Shown: positions 1-12,255, counted from the stretch's first letter. The stretch is 64,000 nucleotides of DNA from Octopus vulgaris (GCA_951406725.2 OX597817.1:49352001-49416000); one strand, 5' to 3'. Made by a program: numbers and translations. Notes: generated by a model not told the origin, from the letters alone.

Positions 1-82
1 TATGTGTGTGTCTGAAAAAAACTATGTAATTTTAATTAATTAATATATCGCCCTCACATTTGGACCAATTCAACTGCTGGTA

Positions 83-83
83 C

Positions 84-178
<95 letters not shown>

Positions 179-179
179 C

Positions 180-274
<95 letters not shown>

Positions 275-277
275 CAG
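83..277. repeat. Compound trinucleotide microsatellite (AGT)n(AGC)n(AGT)n
   Basis: Directly visible; it produces the poly-S/L/T ORFs in the track. Confidence 0.97.
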
Positions 278-781
278 CTGTTGGTGGTTTGGCGTCATCG
301 TTCTCTTTACACGCCTTCAGCATCGTCTTTAAACAAAAATTGTCAAATAAAATGCTTCATTTCATGTTAAATTTAATTTGAAGATTAAAATTAATCTCAT
401 ATATGGCGTATGATTCTAATAATCCAACTGGATATATTACATATTGAAAGCAAAATCTGGTAAAAGTATACACTAGCACGATGCATCAACTGTTGGTTGG
501 CGTGACAGTGGACTTGAACTCTGGACCATTGTTAAACTAAAACTCACTTTTTTCGCTTGTTCCGATCAGGCTGATATCCGGTCCTGAGTCACTGAACCAC
601 CTTGGCCAAAAGAAAAGCTAAAAACAAAAATACACTAGAAACTACTCTACTGGTGATAAATGACTGAAAAAGTCATTATAGTAAGTTTATTTAGATCTTT
701 TAATTTCGCTTGAAAACAAACAAGTAAAAACTCTCTTTTGTTGGCCGGTCGGCATACCTCCATGTTAGACCACCATAAAAG

Positions 782-862
<81 letters not shown>

Positions 863-979
863 ATATGCATTTATGTAGATGTAATAAAAGTAAATATATT
901 TTTTGTTTTGTTTTCAGTAGTAATAACGATGTGAAGAAACGAACACAAAGAAACAGTGTTTATGCTATGTTCCTCCGAC

Positions 980-995
980 GTGCCATCTAGTGGTG
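980..995 (-). promoter_or_regulatory. CTCF-core-like motif
   Basis: Minus strand CACCACTAGATGGCAC matches the CCACYAGRKGGC core and lies in non-repeat sequence; motif match only. Confidence 0.35.
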
Positions 996-2123
996 ACTGT
1001 TGACAGCAACATCTCCGTCACAAAGCGATCATTTGTCAAGGGAGGAAATATCAACTAGTTCTTATTACCGCTTTAGTTCAAAAAGCCAATTTCGCAGCTC
1101 ACATGACATCAGCTATAGTTTTTAAGTTTGATGAAGGCTGTGTGGGTGTGAGAGGAACGGGTAACGTTTTTTTTTCTTCTTCTAACATTTAAATAGTAAA
1201 TGTAACTGATTCTCCTTCTACAAACTCTCTCTCCCTCTCTGTCACTCGCTCTTTCACTCTACTTCAAGTCTCTCATTCATTCTTTTCCTATCTTTTCATC
1301 TTCCTCTTTTATATCTTCTATTGCGCAGGAAAGAGAAAAAAAAAGAAAGACAAGAAAAGCTTAGCTGTGGACACATTTTCATACTCGCGTTGATAAGAAC
1401 TATTATTAGTTGTTTGTTGTGCTTATAAAAGTGGTTATTATTGTTCTTTTATTTTGCGTTTCTTTTTCCTATAGAATATCAGTAATAGAATGCATTGTAT
1501 TAAATCAGTATTTTGGAGTTTTTAATGGAGTACGACTACACCACCCACTTACTTACTCATACCCAACACATAAATGTATATGTGTGTCTGTATATGCCTG
1601 TTTTTATAACTATACACACACGCATGTATACATGTATTTAAGTATATCTAAATATGAAAAAAAAAGTCACTGTGATGGTGGCCAAACAAAAAAAAACAAA
1701 ATGAATAAACAGTATTTAGATAATGATATGTAAATTTAGCTCGGATTGCAAATTCGCTAGTGTTTGCTAAATAGCTTGCACTTAATCTAAAAGTTCTTTT
1801 GGTAAAGTTAATCGACATCCATACTAAAATTATTAAAGGCGACATTGTCTCAACTTCTCGAAGACACAGCTGCAGGATAAACAAGTAGTCACATGTTGCA
1901 TTTTTGGTTTTGTTTGTTTGTTTTTCATTAACTCAGCTTTAATGTTGAGGAGCAAATAAACGTAAGAAATACATATTGTTGTTCTCGTTCTTGTCCTTGT
2001 CACAACTTAGTCAGTTCTGTTCGGGTTGATCTGAAGACTAGAAATGACCAATCAAAATCTTAAGGACGATCCCAAAATTCTACAACATTTCGTTTACATA
2101 TTACATTTCAATATCTTTCCCTC

Positions 2124-2278
2124 CAGGAATGGCTGTGTGGTAAGTAGCTTGCTTACCAGCCACATGGCTCCGGGTTCAGTCCCACTGGAGCATCTTGGAC
2201 AAGTGTCTTCCACTATAGCCTCGGGCCGACCAGAGCCTTGAGTGGATTTGGTAGACGGAAACTCAAAGAAGCCCGTCG

Positions 2279-2337
<59 letters not shown>

Positions 2338-2539
2338 CTGTGTTTGTCCCCCTAGCATTGCTTGACAACCGATGCTGGTGTGTTTATTCCCCGTAACTTA
2401 GCGGTTCGGCAAAAGAGACCGATAGAATAAGTACTGGGCTTACAAATAATAAGTCCCGGGGTCGATTTGCTCGACTAAAGGCGGTGCTCCAGCATGGCCG
2501 CAGTCAAATGACTGTAACAAGTTAAAGAGTAAAAGAGTA
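2124..2539 (+). mobile_element. SINE family A (tRNA-derived head, CORE-like CTTGGGCAAGTG segment), full length
   Basis: Head GGCTGTGTGGTAAG..GGTTCAGTCCC (A/B-box-like), internal (TA)n(TG)n, tail ..ATGACTGtAACAAG(TAAAAGAG)n; many copies in the window. Confidence 0.9.
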
Positions 2540-3102
2540 ACTTGTTTCTCAGTATTTAATGTAAAAGAACTGAACTCGCACTGTTCCAGACAAACAAACT
2601 TTAAATATGTACCACGGTTCAGCTTTACCATGATGAAAAGAAAAAAAAACAGTATAACATTTCATTTATACATTATATTTCAATATGTTTTCCTCCATTT
2701 TAACTCATAACATGTATCTCAAGATCCAAAATAAAAGAATGCATCTCTCGTTGTCCCAGACAAGTTAACAGCTTTGTCATATTGTAAGTAACAAGATAAC
2801 TGCATTATTTAAACGTGTTTTGTTAATTTGCAGTGCTGCGTTTACTTCACTTGAAGTCTTGAATAAAACTACAAGAATACAAGCAACTATATTCCGCCAT
2901 TAAAATACCGTAGATACTTTTCACATTCTGTAACTTGTCTACAACTCGATGGCAACCTTTTATTGTTGTAGAATACAATGGAAACGTAGAAATTGTATAG
3001 TAACTTCTACACTGATTTTAGGGCAAAAATATGAAAATTATTGGAAAAGCAAATAAGATAAATTACAAGAAATACCGGCGTATAGAATATTAGAGAAACT
3101 AT

Positions 3103-3527
3103 AACAGTTTATAATTGTTTTATAATGCCAAAACGATGTAATTTATAAGAAATAATACAAGTCAATTATTTTTACTTCTGACTTGTATTTCAATATTTCA
3201 GGGTTAAGGCCTTCCTTTCGGAAATCTAGGGGGAAATGGAGTTGTGAGTAGATAATATTACGTGCAAACTATACTACTCTACTCTCGTCACATTTAAGTC
3301 AGGCTGAATTTGCTATCATGTTGGAAATATTCAAATTATCGGAGGAACGAGCTAAGGCCATATTTAGATAGAGCAGAGAAGTCAGCGCACAGCACCATTA
3401 CTCCAGAAATTTCCTGGAGAAGAGGTTCAAACTGCGAAATATTGAAATACAGAGTAAAAGTAAAAAACATCGACTCATTTCTTACAACATGCATTGTTTT
3501 AGCTTCATGAAAAAATTAAAAGCATTT
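3103..3527. mobile_element. Old Penelope-like fold-back remnant with two decayed hammerhead motifs (minus 3187-3225, plus 3409-3448)
   Basis: Diverged inverted arms at about 3103-3199 and 3435-3527; plus motif reads atttc-CTGGAGA-..-GAAA-ta-tt-gaaat. Confidence 0.55.
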
Positions 3528-3530
3528 ATA

Positions 3531-4086
3531 TACGAGGTCTGATCATAACGTACCGGGACTGTTACTACGGTAACGAAACTAATGTACGCAGAGTAAAGTC
3601 GCTCGGCACAGATTGACCTTAAACTCTGTCGTGCGTGCATACTAAGTTATAACGTTCTCTCTTACTACCGTTGTTTATAGCAGTGCTTAGAAAGTAAAGT
3701 GTGTAGAGTGTGGTCGTCTCAAAAAGAAGATCGGGTTCCAGCTGCGCAGGATTTCCTTGATTGTGTCGCGGAAAATGAAATGTTTTTTGAAGACAGTCAT
3801 AACAGGTGACAAATCATAGGACTATGGCTATGCGCCAAAAATTAAGGCTCAGATTTCGCAGAAAAGTACCCTAACTAGATTTCAAGACGCCCAGGAAATT
3901 CAAGAGAAGGTGACGAGACAGCTGTTCCCTATCCCAAAGAAGGAGTTCCAGGAATGCTTCCACCAGTGGATAAAGTGAATGGCTTCAGAATGGGACTTCT
4001 TTGAAAGAGATTAAACACCGAATTGATACATGCTGTAGTCTTCTTTTTATAGCACCAGTCCTAATGTCTTTTGATCAGAACTCGTA
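3531..4086 (+). mobile_element. Internally deleted mariner transposon relic
   Basis: TIRs TACGAGGTCTGATCA / TGATCAGAACTCGTA with TA ends; remnants FLKTVITGDKS*DYGY (ITGDE.W.Y motif) and C-terminal IPKKEFQECFHQW. Confidence 0.85.
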
Positions 4087-5465
4087 TACCAGACAATACT
4101 TCAAGCAAATTGTACAAACTGTAATGATTTTGTACTTGAATCTCTTGGAACTTTATATGACTTTATAATGTTTATTCAGCAGTTGCTGTAGTGAGAAAGG
4201 AAGCTCTCAATGTAAGCTGAATCTTCCTTCCTCGATATGATCAAACAAACACCATATACTTATGTATTTATATGTACACTCACTCGTATATGTAGAAACA
4301 TAACAAAATACAAACAACAGACATACATTTATGAATCAGCTTAAGTAAAGCATTAATAGCACTAATTCGAATAAAAACACGTTTATTCAATTCAAATTCA
4401 GTGAAAAAATCTGCTTTTTGCCCTTTTTTATATTTTTCGTTTGGCTCTTCTTTATAGTTGTACTGGTTGTCTATTTATTATTTATCAAGATTAGTTTTGA
4501 ATATAATACTTTTGCAGTTAACTCAGGAAGTCTGAGTGACCATACCGTTGTCGTCTCACGGGTGATAGCTTAAAAACAAATAATTCTCAACGCAAAAGGA
4601 AAAAAAAAAGAACTTTTTAAAAAATGAGAATGAAAATTATAATAAAAATAATAAAATAGTAATAATAAAATTATAATGGTAAAACTTCTTCCTGAAGTAT
4701 CATTAACGTATTCTCAAGACGACTATTTAAACTTAACACTCCCTGAGTCACTACATTAAACCGGCTCACAGTTGCTATTATTTCTAGTGATAGTCAAGTA
4801 ACCTTCTTTGGAGAACTAGAACAACAGCAACAAACAACAACAACAAAAAAGCACAAACAACAACAAAAATAACAACAGTAAAACGTTTGTGACTATATTC
4901 TGTTATCTGTTGTTGCAGTGTATTCCAGACGATTTCGTCAGGACAAAATTGTGGTTGAGAATAATTTGCAAATTTTATCAGTGCAGTCACTATCTTGAGC
5001 AATATGTTTATCATTCGTCCAAAATAAACACTCTTAGTCCGAGCTCTTCCTGCTTCACCATTCACAAACATGGGCTAAGGGATGCTTACACTGGTGACTG
5101 CGAGCTACAAAACTAATATCATCTCGTTCTTTCTCATTATTCTCCCTCTCTTCCGCTCTCTCTCCCCGCTCTCTCTTTCCTTGCCTCTAAACTCTCCTAT
5201 GTTCTTTCTGCCTCTCAATCTTTCTTCCCTCTGTAGTCATAGACTACTTTTCTACATTTTATGAAGAAGATCATATTCTTTATAAATACTTTCAAAATCG
5301 AGGGAAATGGTGTATGTGCGTGTGTATATATATATGAGGGTGCCTGTGTATGTGTGTGCATGTATGTTTCTATGTGTATGTGTGTGTGTTTCCATGTGTG
5401 TGTGTACATGCATACACTGAAAGTAATACAAATGTGATCATAATTATTTAATTTACTCACATTGA

Positions 5466-5872
5466 TTTACTCTTTTACTCTTTTACTTGTTTCAGTCATT
5501 TGACTGTGACCATGCTGGAGCACCGCCTTTAGTCGAGCAAATCAACCCCAGAACTTATTCTTTGTAAGCCTAGTACTTATTCTATCGGTCTCTTTTGCCG
5601 AACCGCTAAGTTACGGGGACATAAACACGCCACCATCGGTAGTCAAGCGATGCTAGGGGAACAAACACAGACACACAAACATACACTCACAGATATATAT
5701 ACATATATACAACGGGCTTCTTTCAGTTTTCGTCTACCAAATCCACTCACAAGGCTTTGGTCGACCCGAGGCTATAGTGGAAGACACTTGTCCAAGGTGC
5801 CACGCACCGGGACTGAACCCGGAACCATGTGGTTGGTAAGCAAGCTACTTACCACACAGCCAGTCCTGCGCC
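5466..5872 (-). mobile_element. SINE family A, full length
   Basis: Reverse complement of the 2124-2539 type. Confidence 0.9.
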
Positions 5873-5885
5873 TCAACTTCAGTTC

Positions 5886-6190
5886 TTTTACTCTTTTATT
5901 TGTTTCAATCATTTGACTGCGGTCATACTGGAGCGTCGCATTTAGTCGAACAAATCGACTCCATGACTTATTCTTTGTAAGCCTAGTACTTATTCTGTAA
6001 CTACAAAGTTACGGGAACGTAAATATCCAAACATCGATTCTCAAGCGATGAAAGGGGAACAAACACAAACATATACGTATATGTGAGTGGATTTGGTCGG
6101 CCCGATATTATAGCAGAAAACACTTGCCCAAAGTGCCAAGCAATAGGACTGAACTCGGAACCATCTGGTTGGAAGCAAGTCCTGCGCCTT
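5886..6190 (-). mobile_element. SINE family A, degenerate tandem copy
   Basis: Diverged match to family A tail and head. Confidence 0.75.
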
Positions 6191-6214
6191 GTACATATAG
6201 TTAAAGTAATTCTT

Positions 6215-6755
6215 TATTCAAAGGTATTCAATATAGTCTCGAGCGATACATTTGTGCCAATATTTAACCAAACTCTCGAATCCTCTTTGAAAAACAATCA
6301 GGAATGCACGGTAGTACCTACTTATCTACAGGTACTTTCACTTCGTCAGTAAACAAATCGTTGTTCACTACGAAGATTGGCCTCCATTGGACCAAAAAGA
6401 CGGGAGTCGGAGAGTACCAAATCTGCACGGTGGGCGGGGAACCACTGTCCAGCCTATGTTGCCGCTTCTCTTATATGTTGTCTAAAATGTATTTGGTCGA
6501 GTATTGTCACGGTGAACGTGAATATTTTTCAGATTCTTGGTTGGTCTCTTTCTACTAATGACTCCTCTAAACACTTTGAGCTGTTCTCTCCACAGCCACG
6601 CTCAAAAATACAAAATCAAGGCCAATGACGCCCTTGTTATCTCAAAACAGTCATCATGATATCTGTACGCTTCGTTGGTCGTTGAACTTCTTAGGCCTTG
6701 AAAATATGGTGTGACACCATTCTATGGACTGAGCCCTTGTTTCTGGGTCATGAAG
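6215..6755 (-). mobile_element. Mariner transposase relic (pseudogenised)
   Basis: Minus-strand remnants HDPETRAQSIEW..RPKKF, MMTVF and terminal WHKCIARDYIE, with frameshifts. Confidence 0.75.
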
Positions 6756-7424
6756 AGTTTCGTCGAACAAATCGACCCTAGTTTTTACTATTTTAAAATT
6801 TAGTATTTAAGCTATTAGTCAATTCTACTGAACTGGTAATTTACCAATAGAGATTGTAAAGCGATGATAGGGTGAGGAACACAAAGACACACATTTATAC
6901 ATACATGACTCTTATTGTCCCATCTTGTCAGATGGTAGCTGTTTCACATTCAGCCTGGTTGTTCTGTTTTAATTTCATCCCTGCATTTGAACGGATATGA
7001 TTTTTGACATCACACATTCATCGCCATACGATTTTTGTAAAATACAAAACAGATTAGGAAATGAAATGATAATGAGACATCTGTACATCATTGCAGTTAA
7101 GCGAGAAAAGCTTCTACAGCAGTTTTGTCATCTCTCGGCTTCCAGTGACAAGCATTGCAAGATGACATGTAGAATTTTCTACTGCAAGTTGTATGTCAGA
7201 GTATCTTTCTCCTAGAAGAGCTGCTTTCCCCCACGGCTTTGTCAACCTTCTCCACTCCAAGGAAATCTATTTAACCCATAGACGGGACACTGTTAGGTAC
7301 TATCATTTGGGTCAGAATGCACTTATGAGTAATGATAATTAAAGGGTAACTCCACGCTTCCAACATATCCAGAATTACAACTTCAGTACCAGATACAGCT
7401 TACTTTCAAATTCAAAATAAATCC

Positions 7425-7485
<61 letters not shown>

Positions 7486-7519
7486 CCTCTCTCTCTCTCT
7501 CTCTGTATATATATATATA

Positions 7520-7660
7520 AAAAAAGGGTAAAGACCCCCTTCGGTCATGAGTGACCATGGGTTTGCACCTAGAGAGTTACCCTCTGAGGCACAAGTCTGG
7601 GCAAGGTTGTTTTATGGAAGACCAGTAGTCGCCCATGCATACCGGCCTCCCCTCTCCACA
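7520..7660 (-). mobile_element. Probable retroposon 3' fragment
   Basis: GC-richer block ending in a TTTACCC/T-rich tail between microsatellites; family not established from this window. Confidence 0.35.
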
Positions 7661-8119
7661 ACATCCCCCCACACACACACACACACACGCAGACGCTTGT
7701 ATACGTGTGTGTGCACGCACACAGGGTTACGCACACTCACACCAGTCTCACCTCCATACAGGCACATATATACACACGCAGCACCATGTCAAATGCCATC
7801 CACACTCATGCGTGCGTACACACGCACGCACACGCACACACGCGTGCGCACACACACGCGCACACAACACCATGACAACCACACACACTTGACAAACAGA
7901 CACCATCTGACCAAATACTACAGACACACAGACATATCTATTCAAACCACATGTATGTGTATGCACGCACACATACACGCAGAGAGACACACATATTCAC
8001 CTCATCCTAACCCCAAAATCATTGATGCTTGAAGGAAAGCCAAAAAAAGAAAAAAACAGGTACATCTTTTTCAATTCTACATTTCTGCTAAAACGGACAG
8101 GTCAGTAAACAACCTCGCC

Positions 8120-8602
8120 TTGAATTCATAATATTCTGTACTGACCCTGAGATGTATAATATATTTGTTTTAATCTTTTCTGCCCATTTTTTCAAATATT
8201 CTCATCATACTGTTGCACTTTCTTATGTCCTTAACATGTCCCTGTTACCAAAGACTGTATATATACATGTAATGTGGCAATTTGCAACAACCAATAATTA
8301 ACGCAACCAAACTTCCAATAATATATTTGTTTTATTCTTTTCTGCCCATTTTTTCAAATATTCTCATCACACTGTTGTACTTCTTTATGTCCTTAACATG
8401 TCCCTGTTACCAAAGACTGTATATATACATGTAATGTGGCAATTATGTAAATTTTTTTGAATTCATAATATTCTATGTTACTTTTGACAATCTTTTTCCA
8501 AAGAGTGAAACCGGTGAAGTAAATAAACATCTTTTAAATTGTATTTTCAAACCTTCTTTCGTATATAATTCCACTCGTGCGATACCCGACAACTCAACTT
8601 TG

Positions 8603-8603
<1 letters not shown>
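8120..8603 (+). mobile_element. Penelope-like terminal remnant with an internal ~125-bp direct repeat and a decayed hammerhead
   Basis: Direct repeat at about 8157-8282 and 8317-8444; hammerhead-like motif at 8478-8522; runs into (TA)n. Confidence 0.6.
8478..8522 (+). ncRNA. Degenerate minimal type-I hammerhead (UUGACAA core)
   Basis: ttactt-TTGACAA-tcttt.ttcc.aaaga.gt-GAAA-ccgg-TG-aagtaa; perfect 6-bp stem I and palindromic stem III; G at position 17 suggests it is inactive. Confidence 0.6.
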
Positions 8604-8670
<67 letters not shown>

Positions 8671-8689
8671 ATATATATATATATATGTA

Positions 8690-8734
<45 letters not shown>

Positions 8735-8777
8735 ACGTATATATATATATGTGTGTGTGTGTGTGCGTATATGTATG

Positions 8778-8807
<30 letters not shown>

Positions 8808-8808
<1 letters not shown>

Positions 8809-9045
8809 TTTTACTACCCACAAGGGGCTAAACACAGATACATCGGTTGTCAAGCGATGATGGGCGACAAACACAGACACAAAGACACACACACATATAT
8901 ATACAACGGGCTTCTTTCAGTTTCCATCTACCAAATCCACTCACAAGGTTTTGGTCGGCCCAAGTGCCACACAGTGGGACTGAATCCCGAACCATGTGGT
9001 TGAGAAAGAAGCAGGCTTTCTTACCTCACATCCACGCCTGCGCCT
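8808..9045 (-). mobile_element. SINE A 5' part fused to a SINE B tail fragment
   Basis: TTTACTACCCACAAGGGGCTAAACACAGA (B tail) joined to the family A body and head. Confidence 0.75.
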
Positions 9046-9278
9046 GTCTGTAAAAAAAAATAGGAATTTTAAAAGAAGTTTTTATAAAGCTAATTTTTAA
9101 ACATCGAATGGCTCAGGGGTTCCACCACAATGAAATAGAGCTCTAAGAAGTCCGTAGATAAAAAAAAAAATAGTTGAGAAACCCTGTTTTATAATAATAT
9201 TGATGTTGTACGTAGGCATCGTTGTGTTTGCTGACAAATGTATTTTTGATATTCTAAAGACAACGGTAAGTCTTAGGG

Positions 9279-9753
9279 AAGGCGGCGAGCTGGCAGAATC
9301 GTTAGCACGCCGGGCGAAATGCGTAGCCGTATTTCGTCTGCCGCTACGTTCTGAGTTCAAATTCCGCCGAGGTCGACTTTGCCTTTCATCCTTTCGGGGT
9401 CGATAAATTAAGTACCAGTTACGCACAGGGGTCGATGTAATCGACTTAACCCTATTGTCTGTCCTTGTTTGTTCTCTCCCTGTTTAGCCCCTTGTGGGTA
9501 GTAAAGAAATAGATATTTGAAGGCGGCGAGCTGGCAGAATCGTTAGCACGCCGGGCGAAATGCGTAGCCGTATTTCGTCTGCCGCTACGTTCTGAGTTCA
9601 AATTCCGCCGAAGTCGACTTTGCCCTTCATCCTTTCGGGGTCGATAAATTAAGTACCAGTTACGCACTGGGGTCGATGTAATCGACTTAACCCTATTGTC
9701 TGTCCTTGTTTGTTCTCTCTGTGTTTAGCCCCTTGTGGGTAGTAAAGAAATAG
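9279..9753 (+). mobile_element. SINE family B head-to-tail dimer with a 43-bp target-site duplication
   Basis: Two copies of GGCGGCGAGCTGGCAGAATCG..GAGTTCAAATTCC..GGTCGACTTTGCCTTTCATCC (Meta-domain-like by recall); TSD 9236-9278 / 9754-9796 with 1 mismatch. Confidence 0.9.
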
Positions 9754-9969
9754 AAATGTATTTTTGATATTCTAAAGACAACGGTAGGTCTTAGGGTGGC
9801 TGTTGAAAAACAAAAAAAAAATGTGCGGTAAATGTTGGTTGCTAGATAGGAAATTAATGGCGTATTATACTTTTGTTATTTCCTCGTCTCTCCGAATCCC
9901 AACTGACCAAGTTTTCTTGCAAAAACAAGGAAAAGAATGAAAAAACAATAGAGAAAGCGAAAACCATTT

Positions 9970-10100
9970 CTAGCCACGGAGGACTACGTGACAGCTGTGT
10001 GCTTTGATTTACGGCTATTTATCATTGGCGCGAACTGATGTGACGTCAGTTGAACCGCCTGCAATCTACTCTCATAGTTAAACAGTGTAAAGAGGAAAGT

Positions 10101-10104
<4 letters not shown>
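9970..10104 (+). promoter_or_regulatory. Candidate Pol II promoter and first non-coding exon
   Basis: CpG-containing unique island with TGATTTACGG (10005), ATTGG/TTGGCGCGAA (~10024), CRE TGACGTCA (10041-10048), Inr-like TCAGTT (10046) and donor GTAAGT (10099). Confidence 0.4.
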
Positions 10105-10136
<32 letters not shown>

Positions 10137-10352
10137 AGGTGGTGGTGGTGGTGGTGGTGGCGGTAGTAGTACTACTATTCCTGATGGTGGTTGTAGTGGT
10201 AGTAGATTAATCGTAAAGATTATTATTATTATTATTAGTAGTAGTAGTAGTAGTAGTAGTAGTTATAGTGGTTGTGGTGGTTGTAGTAGTTGTAGTAGCG
10301 GTAGTAGTAGTACTACTCCTGATGGTGGTGGTGGTGGTGGTACTAGTAGTAA

Positions 10353-10383
<31 letters not shown>

Positions 10384-10402
10384 GGTGGTGCTGGTGGTGC
10401 TG

Positions 10403-10447
<45 letters not shown>

Positions 10448-10580
10448 AAAGAAATGAAGAAGAAGAAGAAGAAGAAGAAGAAGAAGAAGAAGAAGAAGAA
10501 GAAGAAGAAGAAGAAGAAGAAGAAGAAGAAGAAGAAGAAGAAGAAGAAGAAGAAGAAGAAGAAGAAGAAGAAGAAGAAGA
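10100..10580. repeat. Compound (GTA)n/(GGT)n/(TTA)n microsatellite followed by a ~125-bp pure (GAA)n tract
   Basis: Directly visible. Confidence 0.95.
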
Positions 10581-10774
10581 ACGGGGATGGTCTCACTCAG
10601 TCGTCCACTTGTTTTCGTCTACGAAGCGCGCTAATTTCTTGCAGCTATCTCGGTTCCTGTTGATGAAGATGTGGCTGGATTCCAACGCCCCATGTCGACT
10701 GTTTTATCTCAGTTTTGATATCAAAATAATAGGGTGATTCCAATAATCTTCTCCTGGAATCTACCAAAGCGACA

Positions 10775-11320
10775 ACGACCAACACCAGCACCGCCAACGC
10801 CACCATCACCACCACCACCACAATCATGGCCACCACCACCACAATCATGGCCACCACCACCATCATCACCAGCGCCACAGTCATGCACCCCACCCCCATC
10901 CACTTGCATCACAATTACAGTCACCAACGCTACTACCACCACCACCAAAAAAATCATGGACACCACCACTACCGTTACCACCACAACCACTACCACGACC
11001 ATCACCACCACCACCACCACTATCGCCACCGCCACTAGCCCTATCAGCACCACCATCACCGCCACCACCATCACCACCACCACCTCCACTATCAGCACCA
11101 CCACCACCAAAACCACCACCTCCACTACCAACACCACCATCACCACCACTACCATCAAGGTCGCCTCCACCATCACCACTAATACAACAACAACGAAATC
11201 CTTACGGCTCCATCGCCACCACCACGCCAACCACAATTACATTCCCGCCTCATCCACCACCAACACAAACACCACAATAATGGCCTTCACCACAACCATC
11301 ACCACTATTACCACCACCAT
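10775..11320. repeat. Degenerate (CAC/CAT/TAC)n low-complexity array
   Basis: Directly visible; explains the Thr/Pro/His/Val-rich ORFs. Confidence 0.9.
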
Positions 11321-11354
11321 ACATATATGTAGTGCTAGCCATGTGAGAAATATA

Positions 11355-12255
11355 CTGGGTCATCCCATAAATAATGCGGTTTTTTATACTTTTATTTTTC
11401 AAAATTAAGATAAAGTTGTTTTTTAATCTAAAATATACTCTCCCTCATTTTCTACAATGCTCTTTCTTCTATCTATAGAGTAGACTTGCAAGGCCCCTCT
11501 TCCAAAATTTGCTTTTGGTCGGCCCGAGGCTATAGTAGAAGACAGTTGTCCCTAGTGCCACACACTGGGACTGAACCCGGAACCATGTGGTTGAGAAAGA
11601 AGCAGGCTTCTTACCTCACATCCACGCCTGCACCTGTGTGTAAAACAAAATAGGAATTTCAAAAGAAGTTTCTATGAAAATAATTTTTTAAACCTCCACT
11701 ACTGTGTTGACTTCGTCTACGGAGTTCATATTTTTTTCCGTCCAAATGATTTTGAAGACTGCGGAATAAATGATAATCAGATGGCGCAATACCCGTGAAT
11801 ATGGTGGGTGGGGCATCGTTTCCCATTCAAACTGCTCTAGTCTTTGGAATGCCATCCTCGCTGTATTTGGTCAAGCATTATCCCGATGGAAGAACACCGT
11901 TCGTCTTGAAACCAAAGATGGTCGTTTTCTTTCTAGTATTGACTTAAGGCCACACAAACTACTCGCAGCAGATCTTTTTTATCGTTTGGTTTTGCTTAAA
12001 AGTTCAAAGTGGACTAAACCTTTCATATCCCATTAGACAAATAACACCTTACATAGTTGAAGACCTTTTGTCTGGGGTGCCGATGTTTCTCCTTTCCCTA
12101 CCCACTGTCTTCGGCGCTTGACATTTTTTTAGAGAACCTATTTCTCGTCCTTAGTCACTATTCGGTCCCAAAAAACGTTCATTCGTGAGATGTGACAGCA
12201 AAGAAGAGCACACATTCACTCTCTGCACACGATTAGACTTGGAAACTGACCACTA
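11355..12255 (-). mobile_element. Mariner relic (same family as 18050-18974), 5'-truncated and interrupted at 11513-11693
   Basis: TIR TGGGTCATCCCATAAATAATGCGGTTTTT; remnants QRVNVCSSLL..RIVTKDEK and MPHPPYS. Confidence 0.85.

Noticed and set aside
4889-7215. Short unique-sequence ORFs (4889-5116 and 6997-7215) as host exons
   Set aside because: No recognisable motifs or consistent splice-site pairs; they cannot be supported without transcript data
10207-11408. Long ORFs (129-224 aa) resembling mucin, poly-K or poly-V proteins
   Set aside because: They are open in several frames on both strands only because trinucleotide repeats lack stops; no domain signal
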